From Diplonema japonicum (taxonomy: Eukaryota > Protista > Euglenozoa: Diplonemea), in contig OZ025734.1 of the NCBI GenBank assembly GCA_964019335.1, forward strand, positions 124,001 through 188,000: a DNA stretch of 64,000 nucleotides, read 5' to 3'. Shown piece by piece: positions 1-10,280 of the stretch. Numbering within the stretch: position 1 is the stretch's first letter; each line of letters starts with the position of its first letter. The notes under the pieces are model-generated. The model had not been told where the DNA came from, ran no database searches, and saw nothing but the letters and a program-made list of their open reading frames with translations. A program made the position numbers and the translations under genes.

Positions 1-3000
1 GCAGTAGATTTCGAATCCCTTGATAATCAGCTTGCACCTGCTGGAGATCACAATGCAGTACTCGTTGAGCTGCCCTTCAAGGAGGGCAATCTTGGCATTG
101 GGTTGTGCAGTGATAGTGAGTGAGGTGCTGGCGTGGACCAGCAGACGGTTAGAGGGAGAGAACGCGACACTGGCTGGGGACAGCTCGCAAGGGGAAGTGA
201 TGAGAAGGTCGTGCGAGAGGAGCTCGGCGTCAGGGACGATCTGCAACACGTCTTGCGTGATGACAGGCACACCAACGGTGAAGGGGGCAAAAAAGCCCAT
301 TGCATGGCGCACTGCAGCAGGGACGGGGTTGAGGACAGGGTTGCTCAGGTGCATGATCAGCAGCATGGCATCGTTGTCGTCAGTGGTGTACGAGAAGAGC
401 GGCTTCCCCTCCACTCCCCGCGAGGACATGATGGTGGCAGGGACGTCGTTCTTGTCATGCGCGGTAACGCTGAACACAGCAGCCTCGCCATCGACAGACG
501 TCGCACCCTGCAGCGGTACTGACGCCCTGCTTTTCATCTCGTTCACATTTACAACACATGCAGGGGGTCGTTCCCCGCTCCCAGTTGGCGCCAAGCTCAG
601 CTCCAACGCAAGGCTGTCCGTCTCCAGATCTATTAGAGCTGCGACGCCTTTGCTCTGCCCGGGCACAGGCGACTGCTGTCTGGACGAAGGAGGGGATACC
701 GTATCTCGCTTCGTGCCGCCTATGGCGATGTCGTACAGAACTCGACCCGTCTCCGCAGAGACTTCGGAAACAGTGGCGAGCGAGGCGTGGTTGAGCTTCA
801 CTTTGACTAAAGGCCCGATCTTGCCCTTGGTGATGATGACGGGGATGTCTTCGCGTTTGGGGACAAGTGACGACCCGTACACGAGGTGCGCTCCCGTTTC
901 GCAGAGCACATCCGTGCCGTGCGTGGCGGGAAGGAGCAGGCTTCCCTTGCAAGGTCGGATGGACACTTTCATCCCGCGTAGTCCAAGGTCCCACCATTCG
1001 TGTGTGTCGGTGTCGTTGCAGTCGTTCTTGCGGGCCCGTTTGCGAAGGGCGGCTTTTTCGAGAAGATGCATACGGCTCGACACACGAAGCTGGCCGAGGT
1101 TGCAGACAAGCGCTTCGGTTTCCGCAGCACTGCAATCGCGAGGAATGACAACAGTGGGGGCAGCAGCGATGATCTTGATGTCCGAAGTGTGCCGTTCCTC
1201 CAACGCGTCGACAATGTCCTGTGCAAGGGTCTTCACATAGGAACGCCCGCTCGCAGGGGATGGGGTGGGGGAGGTGGACAACCCAACGTTCCCGTTTCCG
1301 ATCCCGAGCTCCGGGGAGAGGATGCTCCACCCAGCTGGGGCGCGGAAGAACACCGCGAGCTTCGTAAGGAATACAGTGTTCAGAATAAGCCTCATAGGAC
1401 GGCTCGTCTGCAAAGTGAAGTTCGTGTCCGCAAGCAGCCCTTTCTCATCCGTCAGCTTCGAAGTGGGCTTCATGAACGCGTAGCACGCAGACACTATGGA
1501 CAGTGTGCTTGCATGGTGAATTCCATCTGTTTCAGGACCAAGTATCTGTTTCCACTGGTTTTCTTCAGCAGACGCATCAAGTACAACCATATCAGTGATT
1601 CTTGTAAGGATGGTGCAATCTATCTTGGTATCAGACAGGTCCAAGTGAAGTCCTTTCATGACAAGCTGAGTGAGCAACGGGGTGGTGATGGAGTCCCGCA
1701 GGGACAGAACGCACTCTCGAACCTCGAAGGAGTACTGCTTCCGACGCATGGTGCTCTTGTGAGGCTGTATTTTTAAATCTCTGTTGATGGTATTGGACGA
1801 CGGCGCCTGTACCGTCGATTTGTCTTTCCTTTGAGTAATCTTTGTGAACCAGCTTGTTTTCGGGGCTGCTTTTTTTTCCGCTGCTTTTTTCTTCTTCTCG
1901 CTGTCTATCATTCGATATGATATGACACGGTATGAGATGAGTTCCAGTGCGGGCAGAACATCTTCATAGAGCGTCAGCAGGCGGATCCATTTCACAGGAA
2001 CAGCTGCCTTCTTCCGTCCGCTTTGAACAAAGAGTTTCCAGACGAACACGTATTCTTCTTTGATGAGCTTTTTACCTTCTTTGACACGGTCGCGGTCGAC
2101 GCTAGCTTTTCGTATCGCTTTAACGATGCAGCTTTTCGCGAAGGCCCACCATTGTCGGGGGGCGGTCTTGACAGGATCATGAGGACGGAGCAACGCGTGC
2201 TCCCAAGCAACAGAGAAATTCGTTAAAAGCTGCGTGACACGAAGAACACAGTCGTACTGTCCCTTAGTGAGCGACACGTCGAGCCGTGCTAAAGAAATCA
2301 AAGATTCTATCAACGGTGCCGACTGCAAGCTATCGTCCTCCAGCCCTGAGTAGGTCAGCTGGGAAATCTTTAACGCGAGTGATAGTGGCGACACGACTCT
2401 GTACTGATCACCCCCTGAGATCGCCTCCGTGTCGGACATGTAAGTTATCCAGTCCTGCTGATCTAGGTCAGATGTGCTGTATAGTCTTTCCGCACGGATG
2501 TACATTATGAAGCCTTCGAGTGACGCCATCTTGTTGATGGTGGTTCCAAGTTCGGTGAGAAACACGGCTTCCCAGGCGTCTGTGGTTGGTTGTAGCGTCA
2601 TTGTGTCCCATATGAAGCCTATTGCGTATGGTCTTTCCGTGTCTGTGCAGTCTTCAAAGCGGATGTGAACGTCCTTTACTTCTATCTTGATGTTGCTTAT
2701 GACAAGTTCCATGAGTTTTGCTGACCATCCGGCGCCGCCTGAGCGGCCTTCTTTTGATGCGCGCATGTCCTCGAATGTTTCTAGTCTCTCCATTTTTCTT
2801 TCGTGGTTTCTTTTGTGTTCTTCTTCCATGGACCACGTGCGGGATTGCGGGTCCCTCGGTCCTGCGAGGAGCTTCACGCCTTCGATTAGTAGCTCTGCTC
2901 GTTTAGTTTTCAGTTTTGCCCACGGGACTTTTAGTGTCAGCTTCCCCACCACACCGCGTGCCACGTCGAATGGTAAATCGAACCCCTCCAAGGCTGATTT

Positions 3001-3126
3001 TCTGATCTTCGCGTCCGTTAGAACCAGATCGCCCGAGAAGACGTTGATGTCCATCATCTCCTTTGTGATGCCCTCCACGTACCTTGAAAGCATCTTCGAC
3101 ACCATGTTTGCCGCAAGTGCGTTCAT
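1..3126 (-). CDS. VPS13: VPS13-family lipid transfer protein, 5' part (continues beyond the window's left edge)
   Basis: Absent from the ORF track because no stop lies in the window. Hand translation from ATG 3126 gives MNALAANMVSKMLSRYVEGITKEMMDINVFSGDLVLTDAKIRKSALEGFDLPFDVARGVVGKLTLKVPWAKLKT, a Chorein_N signature. The later LRPHDPVKTAPRQWWAFA matches the VPS13 RP..WW motif. The frame was open at the points spot-checked down to base 1. Confidence 0.92.
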   Translation of the reverse strand, partial: MNALAANMVSKMLSRYVEGITKEMMDINVFSGDLVLTDAKIRKSALEGFDLPFDVARGVVGKLTLKVPWAKLKTKRAELLIEGVKLLAGPRDPQSRTWSMEEEHKRNHERKMERLETFEDMRASKEGRSGGAGWSAKLMELVISNIKIEVKDVHIRFEDCTDTERPYAIGFIWDTMTLQPTTDAWEAVFLTELGTTINKMASLEGFIMYIRAERLYSTSDLDQQDWITYMSDTEAISGGDQYRVVSPLSLALKISQLTYSGLEDDSLQSAPLIESLISLARLDVSLTKGQYDCVLRVTQLLTNFSVAWEHALLRPHDPVKTAPRQWWAFAKSCIVKAIRKASVDRDRVKEGKKLIKEEYVFVWKLFVQSGRKKAAVPVKWIRLLTLYEDVLPALELISYRVISYRMIDSEKKKKAAEKKAAPKTSWFTKITQRKDKSTVQAPSSNTINRDLKIQPHKSTMRRKQYSFEVRECVLSLRDSITTPLLTQLVMKGLHLDLSDTKIDCTILTRITDMVVLDASAEENQWKQILGPETDGIHHASTLSIVSACYAFMKPTSKLTDEKGLLADTNFTLQTSRPMRLILNTVFLTKLAVFFRAPAGWSILSPELGIGNGNVGLSTSPTPSPASGRSYVKTLAQDIVDALEERHTSDIKIIAAAPTVVIPRDCSAAETEALVCNLGQLRVSSRMHLLEKAALRKRARKNDCNDTDTHEWWDLGLRGMKVSIRPCKGSLLLPATHGTDVLCETGAHLVYGSSLVPKREDIPVIITKGKIGPLVKVKLNHASLATVSEVSAETGRVLYDIAIGGTKRDTVSPPSSRQQSPVPGQSKGVAALIDLETDSLALELSLAPTGSGERPPACVVNVNEMKSRASVPLQGATSVDGEAAVFSVTAHDKNDVPATIMSSRGVEGKPLFSYTTDDNDAMLLIMHLSNPVLNPVPAAVRHAMGFFAPFTVGVPVITQDVLQIVPDAELLSHDLLITSPCELSPASVAFSPSNRLLVHASTSLTITAQPNAKIALLEGQLNEYCIVISSRCKLIIKGFEIYC

Positions 3127-4247
3127 TTTTTTTTCTTTTTTCTCTTTTTTTCTTCCCCTCCCCGAACAACGTGTATTCTGTTTTAAAGTGTCAGGTTCCG
3201 ATGCAAATATTGCTCCCCCTCTTCCGAGCGCAGCCTTCATTCGATGGATCGCAGCGTATGCACTTTCCTGCACGGTTCAGAAGGGCAGGCCCTCCAAAGC
3301 AGGTATATTCCAGCTTCTGGATTTTTCTATGGGCTGAAGGTGCAAAGCGGTAACAGAATGGAAGAAGCGGATCCCCCCACCCCAAGAAGAAGTTGCGGCG
3401 AACTCTAGACACAGCAATTCAATCAGTATCAGTGGCAGCCCCAGTGCCAGGACCCCCAGTAGCCATTCAACCAGGACCTGCAGTACCGAGAGACAGGAAC
3501 TGCAGAGACAGAGGAAGAGACTCTTCTGCAGTCTTTTAAGCTTCCGTGTGGTCCACCAAATGCAAAGAAAATGTGGAATGGAGAGGGGGGGGGAGCATAT
3601 TGTAGAAAAACAAAAAAGTTCTTTGATGAACTCACAAAGAATAAGTTTTTTTTTTTTTTCCTGTCACAAAAAAGATGAAAACCAAAAAAAAAAAAACAAA
3701 AAAGAAAACTATTGGGAAATGAGATGCCTAAATACAATGGGGGAGAGAGAGAAAAAAAAGGGGGGGGGCATAAGGGAATACATGTGGGACAAAAAAAAAA
3801 GAACCTGATACCGTGGTTTAAAAAAAAATAAGATTTGTCTAAACAGGAGACGCAAGAAAAATAAAAAATAAAAATGCAAAAGGCCCTTTGGGGAATTTCT
3901 TTTAACCCCTAACACGGTATACCGCCCATGGAAAAACTCTTTTTTTCAAGATCTTTTTATATTTGAGTGCAAAGGAAAAAAAAAAAAAAAAAAAAAAGAA
4001 TCAAGCCCGTTCATCTATTACAATGATGCCTTGCATGCCTTCGTTGATACCCTGTGTGTGTTTTTTTCCCCCTCAAAGTAGAAACCCCCGCCACTATTCC
4101 ACACCTCAGTGCTTCGGTAGAACCAGGCCTTCACCCCGTTTCCAGTCACGTTGGCAGGCCTGCAGCAAGACTCCCACATTCTAGCACCCTCCTCCACATC
4201 ATTGGTGGACCGGAACGTCGCAGTGAGGAGTGGGATGTAACCCTTCA

Positions 4248-4294
<47 letters not shown>

Positions 4295-4300
4295 CAAAAT

Positions 4301-7300
4301 CTAAAATACCTCCACTATTTCTACTTCGATACCGGAAGAATCATATGCCCCACCAACCCGCAGCACAAGCGGGACCAATTCTGCGGCTGCCCCCTGCACC
4401 ACGACCTCGGTGTGCCCAGATTTTGCAGGGTGCGGTCGGGAGAAACCGGAAAACCCACTGTCAGCTGTCAAGGAGACCATCAAGCGGTCCTCGGAACAGG
4501 TTGCCCATAGGGCGACGGTGAGGTGCTCCTTCCTCGATAGTGCCGCCTTCTGCAGTCGGTTCAGCACTATGTTGTTGATGGAGGCAGTGAGCGGTCGTCG
4601 GTTCAGCACGGGGGACCTTACACGTGGCGGGGATTCTCGAGAGGACCGCCCGGGTGACCTCGGTGGCGATGGATGTGCGCCCACGCCATTCCACCTACCG
4701 TACTTAGGGGATCGTCTGCTTAGAAACCTCTCTCCCCTGCAGAGCTGCACCACATCCCCGTCGTTCAGCCCCATCATCAGGTCGTCGTTCCTCACCTCGG
4801 TGCCCTTCCACCGCAACACGTACTCCCCCACAGGCAGGTCCATCTCCCGCTTCGCCTGCTCCGTTATCTTCCCCGCGTCGGTGGGCACCGCCACGCGAAC
4901 GAAGGCCCTCCGCCTCGTCTCCGCATGCTCCACGGTGATCCCTATCACTCGCTCTCGGCGTTCTTCGCCACGGAGCTGCTCTAATTCAGCTTGAAGCACG
5001 CGGTTTTGCGTCGTCAGTAGGTCAAGTTGCCTGCGTAACACCTGGTAGTCCTCTCTGTCCCTATCCCTATCCCTGTCCCTGTCTCTATCCCAGTCTCTGT
5101 CCCGGTCACGGTTCTCATCAATTTCATATCTGTCGTGATCATATGTCCGTGGTAGATCGTCCCTCCACGCGGGCATCAGCGGTGTGGGTGTGGGTGTGCG
5201 GTTATAAGGGTTGTCAAAGTTCCCCCTGTCCCTGTCCCTGTCCCTGTCCCTGAACCCGTCGTCCAGACTCCTGTCTCTATCCCAGTCCGCGCCTCTATCC
5301 CAGTCCGCGTTTCTATCCCAGTCCCCACCTCTATCCCAGGCACCACCCCTGTCTCTATCCCAGTCCCCGGTCCTGTTTTGCATTCTGTTCTGATCTGTGT
5401 GTCGCATCTGTTTAGCAGGGTCGGCGATCGCCTTCCACATGTACAGGATACGCGGTGGGGCATCAGCACGCCGCACGGGGTTCATGTCGCACCATGACTT
5501 CTCTGCAACAGCAGCCTCTGACTGTGTAGGGCCGACGGGGAAGGAGACCTCAGCACAGAGCTCGTCCTGCCTGCCGTCGGGACGCTCGTAGAGCTGGATG
5601 ACCAGCTCCTCGTAGTCGTGGTTGAGGGTGAACTCGAACTGGCTGCGGAACTTAGGGCACATGCCTTTCTCGAGCTGCGAGCAGCGTGTGTGGGAGGTGT
5701 TGCCCTTGGCAAATACTTTCACGTAGTGCGCAGAGTGGCCGGTGAGCTCTGCTGCTTCAATGAGATTGAGGACAACGGTGTAGGACTCCGTGGGGAACTG
5801 CCTGCGGGAGTGCTGCGTCCTAAAATTCCAGCTGACGTCGATGGTACCCAACCCGGAGCTCCTGCTGTTCAGAAGCTTTACGTCGTCGGAGTTGTAGTGC
5901 ACGTCGTTGCGGGGCTGCAGCTCCAGTGTCTGCTTCCCTTCGTTGTATCCTGTGGCGGTGAGCTCTAGCATCGCTTCGCCGAGAAACCGCGAGTACTGTC
6001 CGTCATCCCACACGGAAATGCGTGCCACGTTGACCTCCCTTGCGACGGGGTACTGGAACTGCTGCTCCCACCGCCCATCCTCGTTTCGCGTTGTCTGACG
6101 CTCGTCGGTGTCGTTCAAAGTGATCTTCGCGTACTTCACGACGCGGTCGGACGACGACAGCTTGCTCGCCTTGTGGATGGTCACGTCAAGCACTGACGGC
6201 TTTGTTGCCCGTGACTGCATCTTCACCTTGTCCTGCTTGAGCTTCATCTTCCAACGGTAGAAAATGCGTGAGGGTTGTACGTCACGTGGTACGTACGACG
6301 ACCTGTCGTCGCATTGGGTGCCGTCCGCACCCGTGCGGCTGACCAACAGCTGCGACCCGCGCCGGAAATGCGAGCCGTCGGGTGTGGCCTGCGTGTCCAG
6401 GAGATCGTTGACACGCAGGCGCATCTCCCCGAGGAAGGTGTCGTACCCGTTTCTGTCGGTGTCGAAAACGGACACAGTGAGCGTCTCGTCAACATTAATC
6501 CCCTTAAAGTCGCATGCATACTGCCATCTGGGGTCCGCAGTGTTCTTCACAACGCACGTCTTGTACTCCTCGTCGCTCATGTCACGCTTCACGATAACAA
6601 ACGCATCAGGTTGCTCGCGTGCCGACCGCAGGGGGAGGTTTTCTGCACGTTCGATCTCAAAACGCAGATCATCGCCGTTTGAAGATGCCGACGGCTCGTA
6701 CATCGGCTGCTGCGAGGTTCTGTACCGCGGGGATCCCGCCGCCGACCCCGCCGTGGGGTATACGGTGTTGGCGTCCCCACCGTCGTAGTTTTGGTGGCCA
6801 CGATCGCTGTACTGCTGCTGCCCCCGCTGCTGTTGTTCCCACTGGTTCTGTTCCTGCTGGTGTTGGTTGGGATCGTGCCCCCTCTGCTCCATGTTGGCGG
6901 ACCTGCTGACCTCGCCTAGGTGGTACGACAGCGTTACGGCACCGAGGGATGCCTTGCGTGTTGAATCCTCAGCATCGACTTTATTATATCTATTGAGGGC
7001 AGAGCTGACATCGCCCGGATGCAGCTCGACAGTGAGCGGGACAGGTGCAGTGGGGCGGCGTGTGAGATCGACAGGAATGGCGGCAACCCCCACACACTCC
7101 TTCCCCGTGAGACCAGTTGCGTAGAGGGACAGCACGGCACGGAGGAAGGTTCTGTCGACGTCCAGTTCAAAGGCATGACGGATGTCAACGTTGGCCCCGT
7201 GCTGCTTGGACGTGGAAGGCGCCTGAAGAACACGCTTGCCGATCTGAAGAGTGGTTTGTATGTTCTCATCCTTCCACAGCATGTGCTCTGCACGGTCGAT

Positions 7301-8875
7301 GTATATTACGAGCTTCTCCTTTTTAGGAAGACCGCCTGCCGCGGACATCTCCAAGGCAAGCGGGGTCTTCTGGGAGTGCTCCACGACTTCGTACGCAAAG
7401 GCGATGGCCACCTCCCCGAAGTTGCTCCTGTTGAACCTCTGCAGCATTTTTTGATCGTCGTGTCCTTGGCGAGGGGCAAGCGGCAGCGTGCAATGCCCGT
7501 TGCTAACAGGACGGCCCTGCGGGATGGCCAGCTCGGCGTATCCTATGTAAGTGTCGCCGAGCAGCCGGCTGTCCTTCACTTGAAACGTGACCTTTGTGAT
7601 ATCGTTGGCGTCTTCCTCGCATATGTACTCGTGGTCCCATACAGGCTGCACCTCGTTCTTCGTGGAACTGTCGATTTTTGTGGTGACGATTTTTCTCTTG
7701 GCCAGGCCCTTGTCGTTCTCACACGCGATTTCCACGTAAGGGTCGATACCGGTGTCGATCAACCCGGAACACCTCAACAGGGTGAGGCGAAGGGATGAAT
7801 TGTACCGTGGGTACAACGGAGGCTGCGCGAGCTGTTCCTTCCCGGCAGGCATGGACATCGATGCAACGCGTTGCGGAGGCCCGTCGAAGGTGAGCGTTAC
7901 GTACAGCGTCCCGAGGGACTGCTCGCTCTTCTTCACCTTGTTTTGCTGTTTTGAAACGAGTTTTTTATCTGAAGCCTGATGACCAGGACGCACACGAAGA
8001 GTTAGCTCCAACACCGTATCAGAATGCGGGCTAACATCACTGGGAAGAAGCTGTCTAGACGCGTACCCGAGAAAATCATCCCCTCCAATACTGTCATGGT
8101 CCCATGCATAAAACTCAAGCTCCGGTAGAACACCATGAGAAAGGTCCACGATCCAGCTGGAACAGTCTTTGAAGACCGGGTTTAACGTAGAATTCACGTG
8201 TTCGGTTTTAAACTCTCGCTCGCCTACCTTCATGACAATGTAAGGGTCAGACGTCGACCCTATGTCCTGGGGGATTACATCTTCGGCTTTCATATTGACG
8301 ACACGCATGGTGAGCGACGATGTGGGAGAGGAGGAATGTGTCTCTTTGGAAAAACTTTTTTTAGAGGACAGTGAAGCCCTGCTGGCCGATGCTGTTTGTT
8401 GTTGTTGTTGTTGTGGTTCAGAATAATCGAAGGAGACGTGCAGGGTTCCCAACGAGTTATTATTTTTCTTTTTTCTGGATTCGTCGCCGCGGTTTTCATG
8501 ACGAGGCTGTAGTTTTATCCCGTCAGTGAGGCACCATGGTTCTGAACGGATTTCAAGCATTGTGTTCTGTGTTCTTCCTGGTTTTCTTGGGACCATTTTT
8601 GAAAGTTGTACCACGGCTCTGCCTAAGAAATCTGCTCCGGCTGGGTCGTCGTCCCAAGCTTCAAACACGATTTCCCCCCCGCTCCAGGGGTCGACTTCAA
8701 ACCCTTTCCATCTGTTCCTCTGTTCTTTCCAGGTCGGGTGCAAATTATCATCCACCACCTCTGTTTTCTGGACAACCCCGTTCACTTCCACGGTCAGAAA
8801 AGGGTCGCTCTTACCAAATGTATCCCTGTTTACCAGGTTCTTTGCAAACAACTCATCGAACACAAGCTTCCCCAT
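4301..8875 (-). CDS. Multi-C2-domain protein (about 7-8 C2 repeats) with an RD/WDR-rich low-complexity region and a coiled coil
   Basis: 1524-aa intronless ORF with repeated C2 motifs (DTFGKSDPF..WDDDPAGADFLG; DIGSTSDPY..WDHDSIGGDDFLG; PDAFV..FDTDRNGYDTFLG). Confidence 0.9.
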   Translation of the reverse strand: MGKLVFDELFAKNLVNRDTFGKSDPFLTVEVNGVVQKTEVVDDNLHPTWKEQRNRWKGFEVDPWSGGEIVFEAWDDDPAGADFLGRAVVQLSKMVPRKPGRTQNTMLEIRSEPWCLTDGIKLQPRHENRGDESRKKKNNNSLGTLHVSFDYSEPQQQQQQTASASRASLSSKKSFSKETHSSSPTSSLTMRVVNMKAEDVIPQDIGSTSDPYIVMKVGEREFKTEHVNSTLNPVFKDCSSWIVDLSHGVLPELEFYAWDHDSIGGDDFLGYASRQLLPSDVSPHSDTVLELTLRVRPGHQASDKKLVSKQQNKVKKSEQSLGTLYVTLTFDGPPQRVASMSMPAGKEQLAQPPLYPRYNSSLRLTLLRCSGLIDTGIDPYVEIACENDKGLAKRKIVTTKIDSSTKNEVQPVWDHEYICEEDANDITKVTFQVKDSRLLGDTYIGYAELAIPQGRPVSNGHCTLPLAPRQGHDDQKMLQRFNRSNFGEVAIAFAYEVVEHSQKTPLALEMSAAGGLPKKEKLVIYIDRAEHMLWKDENIQTTLQIGKRVLQAPSTSKQHGANVDIRHAFELDVDRTFLRAVLSLYATGLTGKECVGVAAIPVDLTRRPTAPVPLTVELHPGDVSSALNRYNKVDAEDSTRKASLGAVTLSYHLGEVSRSANMEQRGHDPNQHQQEQNQWEQQQRGQQQYSDRGHQNYDGGDANTVYPTAGSAAGSPRYRTSQQPMYEPSASSNGDDLRFEIERAENLPLRSAREQPDAFVIVKRDMSDEEYKTCVVKNTADPRWQYACDFKGINVDETLTVSVFDTDRNGYDTFLGEMRLRVNDLLDTQATPDGSHFRRGSQLLVSRTGADGTQCDDRSSYVPRDVQPSRIFYRWKMKLKQDKVKMQSRATKPSVLDVTIHKASKLSSSDRVVKYAKITLNDTDERQTTRNEDGRWEQQFQYPVAREVNVARISVWDDGQYSRFLGEAMLELTATGYNEGKQTLELQPRNDVHYNSDDVKLLNSRSSGLGTIDVSWNFRTQHSRRQFPTESYTVVLNLIEAAELTGHSAHYVKVFAKGNTSHTRCSQLEKGMCPKFRSQFEFTLNHDYEELVIQLYERPDGRQDELCAEVSFPVGPTQSEAAVAEKSWCDMNPVRRADAPPRILYMWKAIADPAKQMRHTDQNRMQNRTGDWDRDRGGAWDRGGDWDRNADWDRGADWDRDRSLDDGFRDRDRDRDRGNFDNPYNRTPTPTPLMPAWRDDLPRTYDHDRYEIDENRDRDRDWDRDRDRDRDRDREDYQVLRRQLDLLTTQNRVLQAELEQLRGEERRERVIGITVEHAETRRRAFVRVAVPTDAGKITEQAKREMDLPVGEYVLRWKGTEVRNDDLMMGLNDGDVVQLCRGERFLSRRSPKYGRWNGVGAHPSPPRSPGRSSRESPPRVRSPVLNRRPLTASINNIVLNRLQKAALSRKEHLTVALWATCSEDRLMVSLTADSGFSGFSRPHPAKSGHTEVVVQGAAAELVPLVLRVGGAYDSSGIEVEIVEVF
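5055..5365 (-). repeat. Coding repeats inside the C2 gene: 18-nt (DWDRGA-like) and 6-nt (RD) units
   Basis: Plus-strand tctatcccagtcc and ccctgt units are repeated. Confidence 0.8.
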
Positions 8876-9671
8876 GGCGCATCTTATGAAGGGATCTTTT
8901 CTTTTTCTTTTTTTTTGGTGGGGTTACAAAAGGGGGAAGGGGGGAACAAAAAATGAAAAGCGGGGGGGGGGGGAAGCGGGGGGGAGAAATGAAAAAAAAA
9001 AAGAAAAGAGAGCGGAAGAGAGAGAGAGAGAGAGGGAGAGATTGAGAGGGGAAAGCGGACGAAAGGAAGGAAGAGTATATATTTCCCTTTCTTTTTTTTT
9101 TTGTTTTTTTTTTTCTCTTTTTTTTTTCCCCCTCCCCCACCCCGAAGAGAAAAAAAAAAAACTATTGGCGAGAAAACAAAAAAAAAACTCGCCATATTTT
9201 CTTCTTCTCTTTTCCTGATGTGGACATGAGATATTTAAAGGGGGGGGGTATCTCACACCAGGTGGGGGGAGAAGGGGAAGGAGTTGAGCTAGCACTCCGT
9301 ATGGAGGAAGGACAAAAAAAAGAAGGGGGAGGCCTTGATTAACTTACTTACTAAGTAAAAACTCTTTTAGGGCTGAGTTGTTGTGTAAAAGAAGAAGAGG
9401 GGGGTGAAAACATGGGGCAAGGGTAGGGGCTAACACACGGCCTATAAATAAATATACGCGTGATTACCTTTCCCCCCCCCCCCCCCCCCGGCAATATTTA
9501 ATCAGCTTTCTTTTTTTTTGCTTTAGGAAATGCAATTAAGTTTCTTATACCATGGTGTGACCAGGGGGAAAAAAAAAAAAAAAAACCACTAAAGGGTCTG
9601 GGAAGCCCTTCCCCGAAAGAAACGCCTTTAGAAAAAAAAAAAAGTGAAAAAAAAAAAAAAAAAAAACCATG

Positions 9672-9706
<35 letters not shown>

Positions 9707-9714
<8 letters not shown>

Positions 9715-9800
9715 TCGGCTGATTGTTTGTGCAAGCCGTTTTCACCTACAGTAGGGATAAACGGACAAGCTGCCTCTACTCTTTTTTGCAATAACAATTC
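9707..9800. mobile_element. Short palindromic element, family P1, copy 1
   Basis: AAAAGAGTCGG...hairpin CCGTTTTCACCTAC/GTAGGGATAAACGG...CTACTCTTTT TTGCAATAACAAT. Same layout as the copies at 10157 and 18582. Confidence 0.6.
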
Positions 9801-10156
9801 TTTTCAAAATTTTGTTTACTTGTTCCAGCAAAAAAAAAAAAGTAAGTATTACGTTTCCAAAGAAAGTATAAAAAAATGAACTTCCCCCCCCCATTTTGGA
9901 AGCCAATCTTAACTTACTGCCACATTTCTTTTAGAACCGGAGAAATTAAAACTCAAAAGTAAATTTTTTAAAAAAAAGCTCTTTTTATGGTACACCCCTT
10001 CCTTCCAGCCTTAGCAATAGGAAGAAAGCAAAAAAGAAAGGGCGGGGGCGGGGGGGGGGAGGGAGAAAAAGAAAAGAATGGGTATGGCAATCAGTGCGCA
10101 TTACAGTTTAATTTCCCATTTCCCTCTTTTGTAGAGAGAAAAAAAAAAAAGGAAAA

Positions 10157-10280
10157 AAAAAGAGTCGGTTGCTTTATTGATAGTGCACAGCCGGGGTTAA
10201 CCTGTAGAAGGATAAGCCCAACTTTGCCACCGGCGGGAGTAACTACTCTTTTTAGCACTACTTAACAATTCATTATCAAT
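10157..10280. mobile_element. Short palindromic element, family P1, copy 2
   Basis: Core gtgcacagccggggttaacctgtagaaggataagcccaac is identical to the one at about 18607-18646. Confidence 0.7.

Noticed and set aside
20-3337. Long plus-strand ORFs (20-1240, 1000-1776, 2687-3337)
   Set aside because: They are antisense shadows of VPS13 on the minus strand.
1-8875. Functional linkage of VPS13 with the adjacent C2 protein
   Set aside because: Adjacency in a directional cluster of unrelated genes is not evidence of shared function.
9707-10280. HDV-like ribozyme reading of the P1 pseudoknot order
   Set aside because: The central stem is far longer than P3, and no P1.1, P4 or catalytic-C junction is visible.
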